Shown: positions 17,631 through 25,852 of the stretch, piece after piece
How the letters are laid out: each line of letters opens with the position of its first letter
Position numbering within the stretch: position 1 is the stretch's first letter
Source of the DNA: Nostoc sp. PCC 7120 = FACHB-418
GTDB taxonomy: Bacteria; Cyanobacteriota; Cyanobacteriia; Cyanobacteriales; Nostocaceae
Length of the DNA stretch: 32,000 nt
Assembly: GCF_000009705.1 (NCBI RefSeq)
Contig: NC_003272.1
Location: 1,170,001-1,202,000 of the forward strand
Direction of reading: 5' to 3'
Notes under the pieces: model-generated
Told to the model about the DNA's origin: nothing
What the model saw: only the letters and a program-made list of their open reading frames with translations
Database searches by the model: none
Program-made: the position numbers and the translations under genes

Positions 17631-19021
17631 ATGATGCTGTCTCCACCGCTAAAGCTATACGTGAGGGCAAAGTTACCGCCGTAGAGGTGACGCAAGCTGC
17701 TTTAGCGCGGATAGCAGCACAGGATGTAGAACTGAATTGTTTTACAGCTGTAACTAGGGAAACGGCTTTGGCGGATGCAGCACGTATTGATAAGGAGATG
17801 GCCGCAGGTAATTCTCCTGGGTTACTGGCTGGTGTGCCTTTTGCTGTGAAAAACTTATTTGATATCGCTGGTTTGACGACTCTGGCGGGGGCGAAAATCA
17901 ATGCCGAAAATCCTCCAGCTAGCCGAGATGCAACGGCAGTAGCCAAGCTGAAACAAGCTGGTGCGGTATTGGTAGGCGCTTTAAATATGGATGAATACGC
18001 CTACGGATTTGTTACAGAAAATTCTCATTATGGTGCTACCCATAACCCCCAAGATTTACAGCGAGTGGCTGGGGGTTCCTCTGGTGGTTCGGCGGCGGCG
18101 GTGGCGGCTGGGTTGGTTACTTTCAGCTTGGGTTCTGATACTAACGGTTCCATTCGTGTCCCGGCGGCGTTGTGTGGTGTGTTTGGTTTCAAGCCGACTT
18201 ATGGGCGTTTGTCCCGTGCTGGGGTAGCTTTATTTTCTAGTAGTTTTGACCACATCGGCCCCTTTGCCCGTTCGGTTGGGGATATCGCAACAATATTTGA
18301 TATTCTGCAAGGAGAAGACGATCGCGATCCTATCTGCACTCAACGACCTGCAAACCCCACTTTACCCCAACTAAATCAAGATATCTCTCATATCAGAATA
18401 GCGATCGCTGACGATTATTTCCAAAAAGGGGCAACATCGGCAGCATTAGCAGCCGTGCAGGAAGTAGCCAATGCTTTAAACGTAACCAATTACGTTACTT
18501 TACCAGAAGCCCACCGCGCCAGGGCAGCCGCATTTGTAATTACCGCCAGTGAAGGCGCAAATTTACATTTAGATAAATTAAGAACACGTCCCCAGGACTT
18601 TGACCCAGCAACACGCGATCGCTTTTTGGCAGGGGCATTAATTCCTAGTAATTGGTATATACAAGCACAACGCTTTCGGCAATGGTACCGCGATCGCATC
18701 CGTGAAGTTTTTCAAAATGTCGATGTAATTCTCGCCCCTACCACACCTATTACAGCACCGCTAATAGGTCAACAGACAATGATTTTAGATGGGGAGGAAA
18801 TTCTAGTGCGTCCCCATTTAGGATTGTTCACTCAACCCTTATCTTTTATTGGCTTACCAGTTTTATCAGTACCAATTCAGTGTCCAAACGCTTTACCTTT
18901 GGGTGTGCAGTTAATCGCCGCCCCATACAATGAAGCTTTGATTTTACAGGTGGCGGCTGTATTAGAAGCCCAAGGTGTAGTTTCAGCTGTGAGTCAGGTA
19001 AATTTAGGACTTACGCGCTGA
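17627..19021 (+). CDS. Amidase-signature enzyme, AtzE-family-like amidohydrolase
   Basis: 464 aa. GGSSGGSAAAVAAG...GSDTNGSIRVPAALCG amidase signature with the Lys (FAVKNLFD), cis-Ser and Ser triad. Paired with a DUF4089 partner rather than GatC. Confidence 0.75.
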   Translation: MNDAVSTAKAIREGKVTAVEVTQAALARIAAQDVELNCFTAVTRETALADAARIDKEMAAGNSPGLLAGVPFAVKNLFDIAGLTTLAGAKINAENPPASRDATAVAKLKQAGAVLVGALNMDEYAYGFVTENSHYGATHNPQDLQRVAGGSSGGSAAAVAAGLVTFSLGSDTNGSIRVPAALCGVFGFKPTYGRLSRAGVALFSSSFDHIGPFARSVGDIATIFDILQGEDDRDPICTQRPANPTLPQLNQDISHIRIAIADDYFQKGATSAALAAVQEVANALNVTNYVTLPEAHRARAAAFVITASEGANLHLDKLRTRPQDFDPATRDRFLAGALIPSNWYIQAQRFRQWYRDRIREVFQNVDVILAPTTPITAPLIGQQTMILDGEEILVRPHLGLFTQPLSFIGLPVLSVPIQCPNALPLGVQLIAAPYNEALILQVAAVLEAQGVVSAVSQVNLGLTR

Positions 19022-19045
19022 ACTAAAAAACTCTTCGGTGGTTAA

Positions 19046-19093
19046 TAGTCCACAGTCCAAAAACCTTGATTTTGACTATGGACTATGGACTAT
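19046..19093. repeat. Inverted heptamer (TGGACTA) repeats forming a long hairpin between convergent genes
   Basis: TAGTCCACAGTCCA (19047..19060) against TGGACTATGGACTA within the right-arm tandem units at 19073..19093. About 13/14 bp pair. Confidence 0.75.
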
Positions 19094-19168
19094 TGACAAA
19101 TTAATCATTGGCTGAGGAAGACGCGATGAATCGCGTCTCTACAAGTGGTTTGTGTGTCCTATTCTTTT

Positions 19169-19996
19169 TTAAACTTTGGTGCGATCAGTTAAAATTTCGT
19201 AACCGGTTTCTGTGACTAAAACTGTATGTTCAAATTGTGCAGATAGAGAATTATCTACCGTTACAGCCGTCCAGCGATCGGATAAAGTCCGGGTGTGTTT
19301 AGAACCTGCATTTAAAATGGGTTCAATTGCCAATGTCATTCCTGCACGCAGTTTCACATTGGGCATTTCTCTAGTGCGATAGTTAAATACAGAAGGTTCT
19401 TCATGTAGGTTCCGTCCTACACCGTGTCCCGTAAATTCTTCTACTACAGTAAAGCCATTAACTTTTACATGATCCTCAATTGCCCCAGCTAAATCAAGGA
19501 GATATGCACCTGCTTTAACTTGTTCAATGCCCTTATATAACGCCTCTTCAGCTACGCGAATCAGTTTAGCGGCATCTGGAGTTACTTCACCAACAGCGAT
19601 CGTAATACAGGAATCACCATGAAAGCCTTGAAAATAAGCACCTGTGTCTACTTTTAATACATCTCCAGTCCGAATTACTTTTTTGTGACTGGGAATACCA
19701 TGTACAACTTCGTTATTAATACTAGAGCAGATAGAACCAGTAAAGCCGTGATAACCCTTAAAACTTGGTGTTGCACCCATTTCGCGGATACGCTTTTCAG
19801 CATAGGCATCCAAGTCAGCCGTAGTCATTCCTGGTTTTACCAGCCCGGAAATCTCTTTAAGTACGGTGGCGACAATTTTCGCCGACTCTCGCATAATATC
19901 AATTTCGCGGGGTGATTTAATTTCAATACCCCGGCGTTGTTTTTTGGCAGGTGATGGCTTAGGTGTTTGAGAAAGCAAGTTGGTGAGAATATTCAT
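19169..19996 (-). CDS. map: Type I methionyl aminopeptidase
   Basis: 275 aa. FKGYHGF...[38 protein letters not shown] and FEHTVLVT contain the conserved MetAP metal-ligand blocks. Confidence 0.9.
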   Translation of the reverse strand: MNILTNLLSQTPKPSPAKKQRRGIEIKSPREIDIMRESAKIVATVLKEISGLVKPGMTTADLDAYAEKRIREMGATPSFKGYHGFTGSICSSINNEVVHGIPSHKKVIRTGDVLKVDTGAYFQGFHGDSCITIAVGEVTPDAAKLIRVAEEALYKGIEQVKAGAYLLDLAGAIEDHVKVNGFTVVEEFTGHGVGRNLHEEPSVFNYRTREMPNVKLRAGMTLAIEPILNAGSKHTRTLSDRWTAVTVDNSLSAQFEHTVLVTETGYEILTDRTKV

Positions 19997-20137
19997 GGGA
20001 AATCAATTATTACTTGCGCCGTGCCGCTAAGGTTGCAGGTTGTTTCTGGACAATTGAGAAATAATATCTATACCTAAGTTAACTTATTTTTCGCGGCTAG
20101 ATACGTATATAGAGAATGCTTGACTGTTGACTATTGA

Positions 20138-20611
20138 CTAGGGATTGATCACGATTTCTCCCGTCATCCCTGCTTCAGTATGTCCTGGTATGGGACAGCG
20201 TAAGCCATATTTTCCTGGTTTGATGGCTACGAGAACCCATTCAGCTTCAGCACCAGGCTTAAGTTCCAGTTCATGAATCGCCCCTTTAATTTCCACTTTG
20301 CCTGCTTCCACTTTTTGCGTCCAAATCCCATCGGCAAAGTCTTTGGCAGTAAAATAATGTTTCAATTGGCTGGGGTTGTTGAGGTGTAGTAGATAACGTT
20401 TACCAGCGACTAATTCCAAGTTATTTGGTTCAAACTTGAGTTCGTTAGCAGAATTACCCAAAGAAACTGTAATTTCCGAAACGGGTTGTTTAAGTAAATC
20501 ACTAGATTCTTTTGCCGCCAATACAGAATTAGTATTAGTAAAAGTAAAACATAGCAGCAGGGTAAAAACCACGCATATCTGACGAACTATTGGTGATAAA
20601 AGTGAAATCAT
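20138..20611 (-). CDS. Secreted cupredoxin (type-1 copper, plastocyanin/amicyanin-like)
   Basis: Signal peptide MISLLSPIVRQICVVFTLLLCF...VLA/AKE. Copper ligands are H in LKHYFTA and C-x4-H-x4-M in CPIPGHTEAGM. Alternative starts at 20653 (ATG) and 20722. Confidence 0.7.
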   Translation of the reverse strand: MISLLSPIVRQICVVFTLLLCFTFTNTNSVLAAKESSDLLKQPVSEITVSLGNSANELKFEPNNLELVAGKRYLLHLNNPSQLKHYFTAKDFADGIWTQKVEAGKVEIKGAIHELELKPGAEAEWVLVAIKPGKYGLRCPIPGHTEAGMTGEIVINP

Positions 20612-20742
20612 AGCGTATAAAATTTTGCGAATTTCCGGGAATAAGTCAGTCATTACCAAAGTATTCCTAATTATTAGTCCGCAGGGGCAGTATTTTAAAA
20701 AATCCACCCCTACAAAGGTCAACCGTCAACAGTTAGCACTAT

Positions 20743-23580
20743 TTACCTTACATTTTGTCTTGCTACCATAGAAGGCCCAGCCGTTACTACTACTACTTGA
20801 TCTGGGTGGAGTAATTCACTAGCTGCTTGATTAACTTCAGTTAAGGTAACCTGCTGAATTTTTTGATTATAAAAATGTAGTTCGCCCGGTTCTAGTCCAT
20901 AAACTTGATTCATCAGAATTTTATTGGTTAACTCTTCTGGGTCTGCCAAAGAAACGTTATAGTTACCAATCAAGGTACGTTTAGCTGTCTCTACTTCTGA
21001 TGCTGTCACACCTTGTTGGTGAATTTGCTCAAGTACTTGCTGGGTGCTAGCGATCGCTTTATTCGCATCTTCAGGACTGGTTTGCATTTCAATCCAGAAT
21101 GTCCCAAAATCTTTTTCGGCTTGGAAGTCGCTATAAATGCCATAAGTTAAACCTTGGCGATCGCGCACTTGGGCCCCTAATCTACTAGATAAGGTATCCC
21201 CGCCCAAAATTTGGTTTAACACTAGCGCCGCATAAAATCTCGGATCTTGACGCTTAATACCTGCATAACCAAGGTAAGTAATAGCTTGGGTCTTACCAGG
21301 TAATACTGGATTCTCTCGCGTGGTAGTTTTTGGTAGTCCAACCTGGGGATAGTTTATACTTGGGGGTTCTCCACTAGCTTGCCAATCACCAAATTCTGCT
21401 TGAATGAGCGATCGCACTTGCTGAGGTTCAAAATCCCCCATTAGCACCAACACAGTAGTATCTGGACGATAATATTTCTGACTAAAGGCAATCACATCCT
21501 GACGGCGAATCTTCCGCAGACTTTCCACTGTCGGAAAGGTATGTAGGGGATGTTTCTTAGGATAGACCGATTGCAGAAAAATTCTTCTAGCAACTTCTCC
21601 CGGATCATCTAATTCCATTTTCAGAGAAGTTACAGCTTGTTGCAGATTTAAGTCCAGTTCTTTTTTGGGAAATGTACTATTTTTTAGTCCGTCGGCTAAT
21701 GTCCGAATCAGCACCGGAAAATCTTCAGCTAAACTATCGGCTTGGATACGCATACCGTTGCGGTACGCGGCAAAATCTAAAGTCACACCCCTATCATCTA
21801 AAACTTGAGCTAAAGTCGAAGCATTTTTAGTTTTCGTCCCACTCATTAAGCTATCTGCTACTAATGAGGCTAAACCTGCTTGTCCATCTGGATCAAATTC
21901 CGTACCTGCTTTAACATAACCACTCAAGGTGACGGTAGGTGTACTTTTATCAGGTAGTAAAAATACTTGTAAACCATTAGCTAAAGTAAACTGCTGTGGT
22001 AAACGTGTTTGAGATTTCTGTGGAATATTATCTGTTGTGATATCTAGAGATGGTAGATACTTCATCACCTCGGATGACGTTACAGATGAGTCGCCAGCGA
22101 GATTTTCTTGTGTGCGTTGTGTTGACTTTTTGTTGCCAACTTCTTTGGTGCTGGTAGATATGGTTGGTTGAAAAATACCTACTTTCCGGTGAGATTTTGG
22201 TAAATACTTATTAACTACCCGTACTACATCTGCTGAAGTTACTTGCCTAATTGCCGATAAATAATAATCTGTAAAGCGATAATTACCAACAGTTGTCTCA
22301 TCATTGCCTAACTGCATGGCTTGATCAGTGATAGTCCGGTTACTCAAAATGATGGCAGCTTCTAACTGTCTTTTGGCTCTAGCTAATTCTTCTGCTTTTA
22401 CATCTGTGCGGGCAAGATTAGCGATCGCTTTATTCAATACGGAGTCAATTTTACCTATATCTTGGTCTGGATCTGCCGTCACCAACAATTCATACCAACC
22501 AGCCTGCTGCAAACCACCAATAGAAGCTTCTACTTCACTGGCTAAACCCGATTCTATCAATGCTTTATATAGTCGAGAATTGCGCCCTTCAGTCAAGATA
22601 TAATCTACCACCTCTAGGGCTGGCATATCCGGGTGACTCGCTGGCGGTAGGGGGTAAATCACTTGTAACAGTCCCGCCGCACCTGGTTCTCTTAGAACTA
22701 TGGGACTGTTGGCTGTTGGCTGTTGACTATTGATTATTGACTGTTGACTGTTGGCTGTTGGCTGTTGACGCTGAGGAATACCGCCAAATATCTCTTTTAC
22801 TGTTGCCAAGGTTTCTTTTGCTTGGCAATCGCCGACAATTACTAACACGGCATTTTCGGGACTGTAAAAGTCTTGATAGTATTCTTGTACTTTCTCAACT
22901 GGAAATTTTTCTACATCTGCCTTAGTACCACCTACAGGTAAGCCATAAGGATGATTGGGAAACACTGCCTGCATGACCGCGCGATTGAGGCGGTATTCTG
23001 GGCTATTTTCATAACCCTGCAATTCCGAAATGACTACGCGCTTTTCACTGGCTAATTTGTCAGCATCAATGAGAGCGTTTTGCATTCTGTCTGCTTCCAA
23101 GACCAGCAGCACTTTGAGCTTATCCCGTTCTACTGTGCCGTAATATGCTGTTTGGTCATAACTAGTAAAGGCGTTGGAGTCACTACCTAAAGCACTAAAT
23201 AAACGTCCAAATTGAATTGGCCGGCTTTTTGTGCCTTTAAACATCATGTGTTCTAACTGATGGGCAATGCCGTTGACACCTGATTCTTCATGGCGTGAGC
23301 CAAACTTGTACCATACCTGTACACTTACAATTGGTACAGTCGGTACTTCCTTGATGAATACGGTCAAACCATTGTCCAAAACGGTTTTGTGGACGTTTTC
23401 TGTTACTCGGAATTGATGGGGATTGTTCGCCACTAATGTTGCTTGGGAATTGACTCGACTCAATGTAGTTTTGTATTGACTTTCAGCAGGTTTATTACTG
23501 AAAAATAACACTGTAACCAAGGAAACACTCAACAATAACACATAAAAACGGTACCGATACCAGATAGATAATGCAGACAT
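20743..23580 (-). CDS. Tandem M16 (pitrilysin/insulinase) family zinc peptidase with an N-terminal membrane anchor
   Basis: 945 aa. HQLEHMMFKG (HxxEH) is in the first unit and a second M16-like unit sits in the C-terminal half. N-terminal hydrophobic FYVLLLSVSLVTVLFF. Confidence 0.85.
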   Translation of the reverse strand: MSALSIWYRYRFYVLLLSVSLVTVLFFSNKPAESQYKTTLSRVNSQATLVANNPHQFRVTENVHKTVLDNGLTVFIKEVPTVPIVSVQVWYKFGSRHEESGVNGIAHQLEHMMFKGTKSRPIQFGRLFSALGSDSNAFTSYDQTAYYGTVERDKLKVLLVLEADRMQNALIDADKLASEKRVVISELQGYENSPEYRLNRAVMQAVFPNHPYGLPVGGTKADVEKFPVEKVQEYYQDFYSPENAVLVIVGDCQAKETLATVKEIFGGIPQRQQPTANSQQSIINSQQPTANSPIVLREPGAAGLLQVIYPLPPASHPDMPALEVVDYILTEGRNSRLYKALIESGLASEVEASIGGLQQAGWYELLVTADPDQDIGKIDSVLNKAIANLARTDVKAEELARAKRQLEAAIILSNRTITDQAMQLGNDETTVGNYRFTDYYLSAIRQVTSADVVRVVNKYLPKSHRKVGIFQPTISTSTKEVGNKKSTQRTQENLAGDSSVTSSEVMKYLPSLDITTDNIPQKSQTRLPQQFTLANGLQVFLLPDKSTPTVTLSGYVKAGTEFDPDGQAGLASLVADSLMSGTKTKNASTLAQVLDDRGVTLDFAAYRNGMRIQADSLAEDFPVLIRTLADGLKNSTFPKKELDLNLQQAVTSLKMELDDPGEVARRIFLQSVYPKKHPLHTFPTVESLRKIRRQDVIAFSQKYYRPDTTVLVLMGDFEPQQVRSLIQAEFGDWQASGEPPSINYPQVGLPKTTTRENPVLPGKTQAITYLGYAGIKRQDPRFYAALVLNQILGGDTLSSRLGAQVRDRQGLTYGIYSDFQAEKDFGTFWIEMQTSPEDANKAIASTQQVLEQIHQQGVTASEVETAKRTLIGNYNVSLADPEELTNKILMNQVYGLEPGELHFYNQKIQQVTLTEVNQAASELLHPDQVVVVTAGPSMVARQNVR
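22706..22768. repeat. Nine tandem heptamers (CTGTTGG/CTGTTGA/CTATTGA) inside the M16 peptidase CDS
   Basis: 63 bp, so in frame. On the minus strand it encodes QQPTANS-QQSIINS-QQPTANS, a 7-aa repeat from 3 x 7 nt. Confidence 0.9.
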
Positions 23581-23693
23581 TTATTTGGTAGATGCGTTGA
23601 GTTTATATATTTTTATGTACAAAACTAGTTTAATCCTTTTATGCGTATCTTATGTAAACCACATAACTTTGTATATAAAAGTACGCTATAAAC

Positions 23694-24122
23694 TCAGTTA
23701 AGTTTCGCTAAAACTCGAATAAATTCCAGTGGCAATCCATCAGTGTCAGCGATAAAGGCCACTTCAAAAATGCGATCGCCTATTTGCTGTTGTGTCGGTT
23801 CTAAAAGTATCTTCAATGGTGATAGTTCTGTTACCTGTAAAACACGTTCTTGTAAATTTGTCAACCAACTAGGTAAATCTGGAGTCGTCTCAGTTAAATC
23901 AAATGACAAATGATAATAACCCACATAATGCTCATCTGCAAAAGCATCTGGGGCTGGTTTTGGTTCAGGAATTTGGATCAGTTCAATTCTGCCGCCCAGT
24001 CCTTCCATCCAGCAAGCAAGGGTATAGCCTGTAGTGAAGCGTTCACAGACCGTAAATCCTAGTATTTCATAAAAGGCGATCGCGCGATGGATATTCGCAG
24101 TCCGAATAGAGGCGTGGTGCAT
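23694..24122 (-). CDS. VOC (glyoxalase/bleomycin-resistance/dioxygenase) family protein
   Basis: 142 aa. MHHASIRTANIHRAIAFYEILGF and YYHLSFD are typical VOC beta-alpha-beta-beta-beta modules. Confidence 0.7.
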   Translation of the reverse strand: MHHASIRTANIHRAIAFYEILGFTVCERFTTGYTLACWMEGLGGRIELIQIPEPKPAPDAFADEHYVGYYHLSFDLTETTPDLPSWLTNLQERVLQVTELSPLKILLEPTQQQIGDRIFEVAFIADTDGLPLEFIRVLAKLN

Positions 24123-24127
24123 GAATC

Positions 24128-24155
24128 AATTCAAAATTCAAAATTCAAAATTCAA
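24128..24155. repeat. Tandem heptamer (AATTCAA) x4, same family as 7635..7683
   Basis: Four perfect units, beginning 5 nt upstream of the VOC start codon as read on the minus strand. Confidence 0.9.
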
Positions 24156-24286
24156 TACATTCACCCACAAGGGGGAGCCATTCTCGTGGGCGGTGAGTGC
24201 AGCCATCCGCCCACCAGGGGTGAGGTTTTGTTGGCATAGCCTTCCCGTAGGGTACATAGCTTTTTCCTATAAAGTTTTCGCTTGTA

Positions 24287-24348
24287 GTGGTCAGTAGTCA
24301 GTTGTGGATAACTACTGACCACTGACCACTGACCACTGACTACTGACT
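24287..24348. repeat. Heptamer (ACTGACC) x5 tract with an inverted partner forming a 12-bp perfect hairpin
   Basis: GTGGTCAGTAGT (24287..24298) pairs with ACTACTGACCAC (24311..24322). The tandem units run 24314..24348 and end 1 nt before the stop of the 24350..24862 gene. Confidence 0.85.
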
Positions 24349-24349
24349 C

Positions 24350-24862
24350 TTATTCAAATAATCGGAAATAAGGGTAGCGCACAGGAACACCCGGTTCTTT
24401 ATCCAAATCAAAATTAATCACTTCCCAACAAGGATCATCTGTTGAGTCGGGACTAAATTCCACAGGTAAGCCGTATAGTCTCGCCGATGAGGTTTCCGGC
24501 TGTCCAGAACGCCAAGGTGTGCTGCGTTCTAAATAACCACTCATCAATTCCTGATAACGCTTGGCGATAACTACCCTTGTAGCTCTGTAGCCTTGGGTAT
24601 ATAGCTTATCTAAAGCTTCGTGGATTTCAAACCGAATACCATCGGGATGAGTATGCTGTCGATACCATTCGTTGTTCCATCTCCGCCAATGGCGACCAGA
24701 CTGTAGATGAACTAGCTCTCCGTTTTTGGGATTAGCTTCAAAAGCGCCATGACGAGGACACAAATAGGTATCAGTCAGTGTCAGCGCCGGAATGGTTTGG
24801 CGACAATGGGGACACTGAATATCAGGGCCAAATATAGGGTACTGCAAGGCTGGATTCATCAT
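24350..24862 (-). CDS. Conserved hypothetical protein with an N-terminal zinc-ribbon-like motif (possibly the cyanobacterial TIGR02652 family)
   Basis: 170 aa. CPHCRQ...CPRHG, RHWRRWNNEWYRQHTHPDGIRFEIHEALDKLY. The family name is from memory only. Confidence 0.5.
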   Translation of the reverse strand: MMNPALQYPIFGPDIQCPHCRQTIPALTLTDTYLCPRHGAFEANPKNGELVHLQSGRHWRRWNNEWYRQHTHPDGIRFEIHEALDKLYTQGYRATRVVIAKRYQELMSGYLERSTPWRSGQPETSSARLYGLPVEFSPDSTDDPCWEVINFDLDKEPGVPVRYPYFRLFE

Positions 24863-25101
24863 GAAGTGCGTACAAACATAATTTCGTATTCACCAGCACC
24901 AGTGGGTTGGATTTTACACTTCGGCTCCACCATACTGGGGGAATTGTTCGTTGCTGCAAGTATACGGTATCGCAGCCAGAACAATTTTCACCGTTGTCTT
25001 CCTCAATTTGGAGGTGAGACTCTGTGATATTCTGGTTTTGCAACCAGCCTCCAAGGATGGAGTTATTCCAGTGTTCCTGGGTACCATATTCATATTCTAT
25101 C

Positions 25102-25632
25102 GTGTCTACCACTTCTTACTGGCCTTCTCCCGATTTTTCTCAAGCCGCCTTCATCGCCGCCAATGCTGTTGTTATGGGTTCAGTCAAAATAGCAGCAGGA
25201 GCAAGCATTTGGTACGGAGCAGTAGTGAGGGCAGATGTGGAAAGCATTGAAATTGGTGAATGCACAAATATTCAAGATGGAGCCATTTTACACGGTGATC
25301 CTGGTTTGCCAACAGTACTAGAAGACCATGTGACCGTCGGACATCGCGCGGTCATTCATTCTGCCCACATTGAACGTGGCAGTTTGATTGGCATTGGCGC
25401 AGTAATTTTAGATGGAGTCCGCGTAGGTGCTGGTAGCATCATAGGTGCTGGATCGATAGTAACTAAAAATATACCCCCGTTATCTCTAGTTGTAGGAGTT
25501 CCCGGTAAAGTTTTACGTCCCATCACCCCAGAAGAAGCCGCAGACCTGATTCAACACGCCGAACGTTACAAAAAGTTAGCATTAGTCCATGCTGGTAAGG
25601 GTAGTGATATTGGCTTTTACCCGCAAGAGTGA
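25102..25632 (+). CDS. Gamma-class carbonic anhydrase family protein (left-handed beta-helix)
   Basis: PDFSQAAFIAANAVVMGSVKI, NIQDGAILHGDPG and VGHRAVIHSAHI carry the His ligands, with hexapeptide repeats. The GTG 25102 start (M-STTSYWPSPDFS) fits family N-termini. Alternatives are ATG 25057 and GTG 25024. Confidence 0.8.
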   Translation: MSTTSYWPSPDFSQAAFIAANAVVMGSVKIAAGASIWYGAVVRADVESIEIGECTNIQDGAILHGDPGLPTVLEDHVTVGHRAVIHSAHIERGSLIGIGAVILDGVRVGAGSIIGAGSIVTKNIPPLSLVVGVPGKVLRPITPEEAADLIQHAERYKKLALVHAGKGSDIGFYPQE

Positions 25633-25680
25633 AGCAGGGGAAGCAGGGGAAGCATGGGAAGCAGGGGGGCAGGGGGAGCA
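25631..25680. repeat. G-rich tandem 9-mer (GAAGCAGGG) x4 plus degenerate GGGGCAGGGGGAGCA
   Basis: Starts within the stop codon of the gamma-CA gene and contains five or more runs of GGG or longer. Confidence 0.85.
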
Positions 25681-25697
25681 AAGAAGAATAACTATGT

Positions 25698-25739
25698 CAA
25701 CGGACAACTGACAACGGATAACTGACAACTGACCACGAA
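25698..25739. repeat. Tandem heptamers (CAACGGA/CAACTGA) x6
   Basis: Six consecutive 7-nt units with 1-2 substitutions. Confidence 0.8.
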
Positions 25740-25852
25740 CAAATTTAACCTTTCTTTACAAATTTATGTAGAAAAATTGCCCACTTCAGCTAAAAATAAA
25801 AATGAGGACAGTTGACAAAAATTTAATTTCTACGTGATAGAGGGGTTTAGAT

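Noticed and set aside
17281-17946. Minus-strand ORFs 17281..17541 and 17575..17946
   Set aside because: They are antisense to the DUF952, AtzG-like and amidase genes. Their Ala/Pro-rich composition is what is expected from the reverse frame of GC-richer coding DNA.
23255-23275. REP-like string GATGGGCAATGCC inside the M16 peptidase gene
   Set aside because: Only a 13-nt partial match. On the minus strand it encodes the conserved GIAHQLEH active-site region, so the resemblance is coincidental.
24822-25250. ORFs 24822..25112 (minus) and 24951..25250 (plus) in or near the divergent intergenic region
   Set aside because: They overlap each other and the 5' ends of well-supported genes. The sequences are low-complexity and Cys-rich, with no motifs.
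25812-25845. Candidate sigma-70 promoter for psbY (TTGACA at 25812)
   Set aside because: The -35 hexamer is perfect, but no acceptable -10 hexamer lies at 16-19-nt spacing (GTGATA/TGATAG only). This is insufficient to call.
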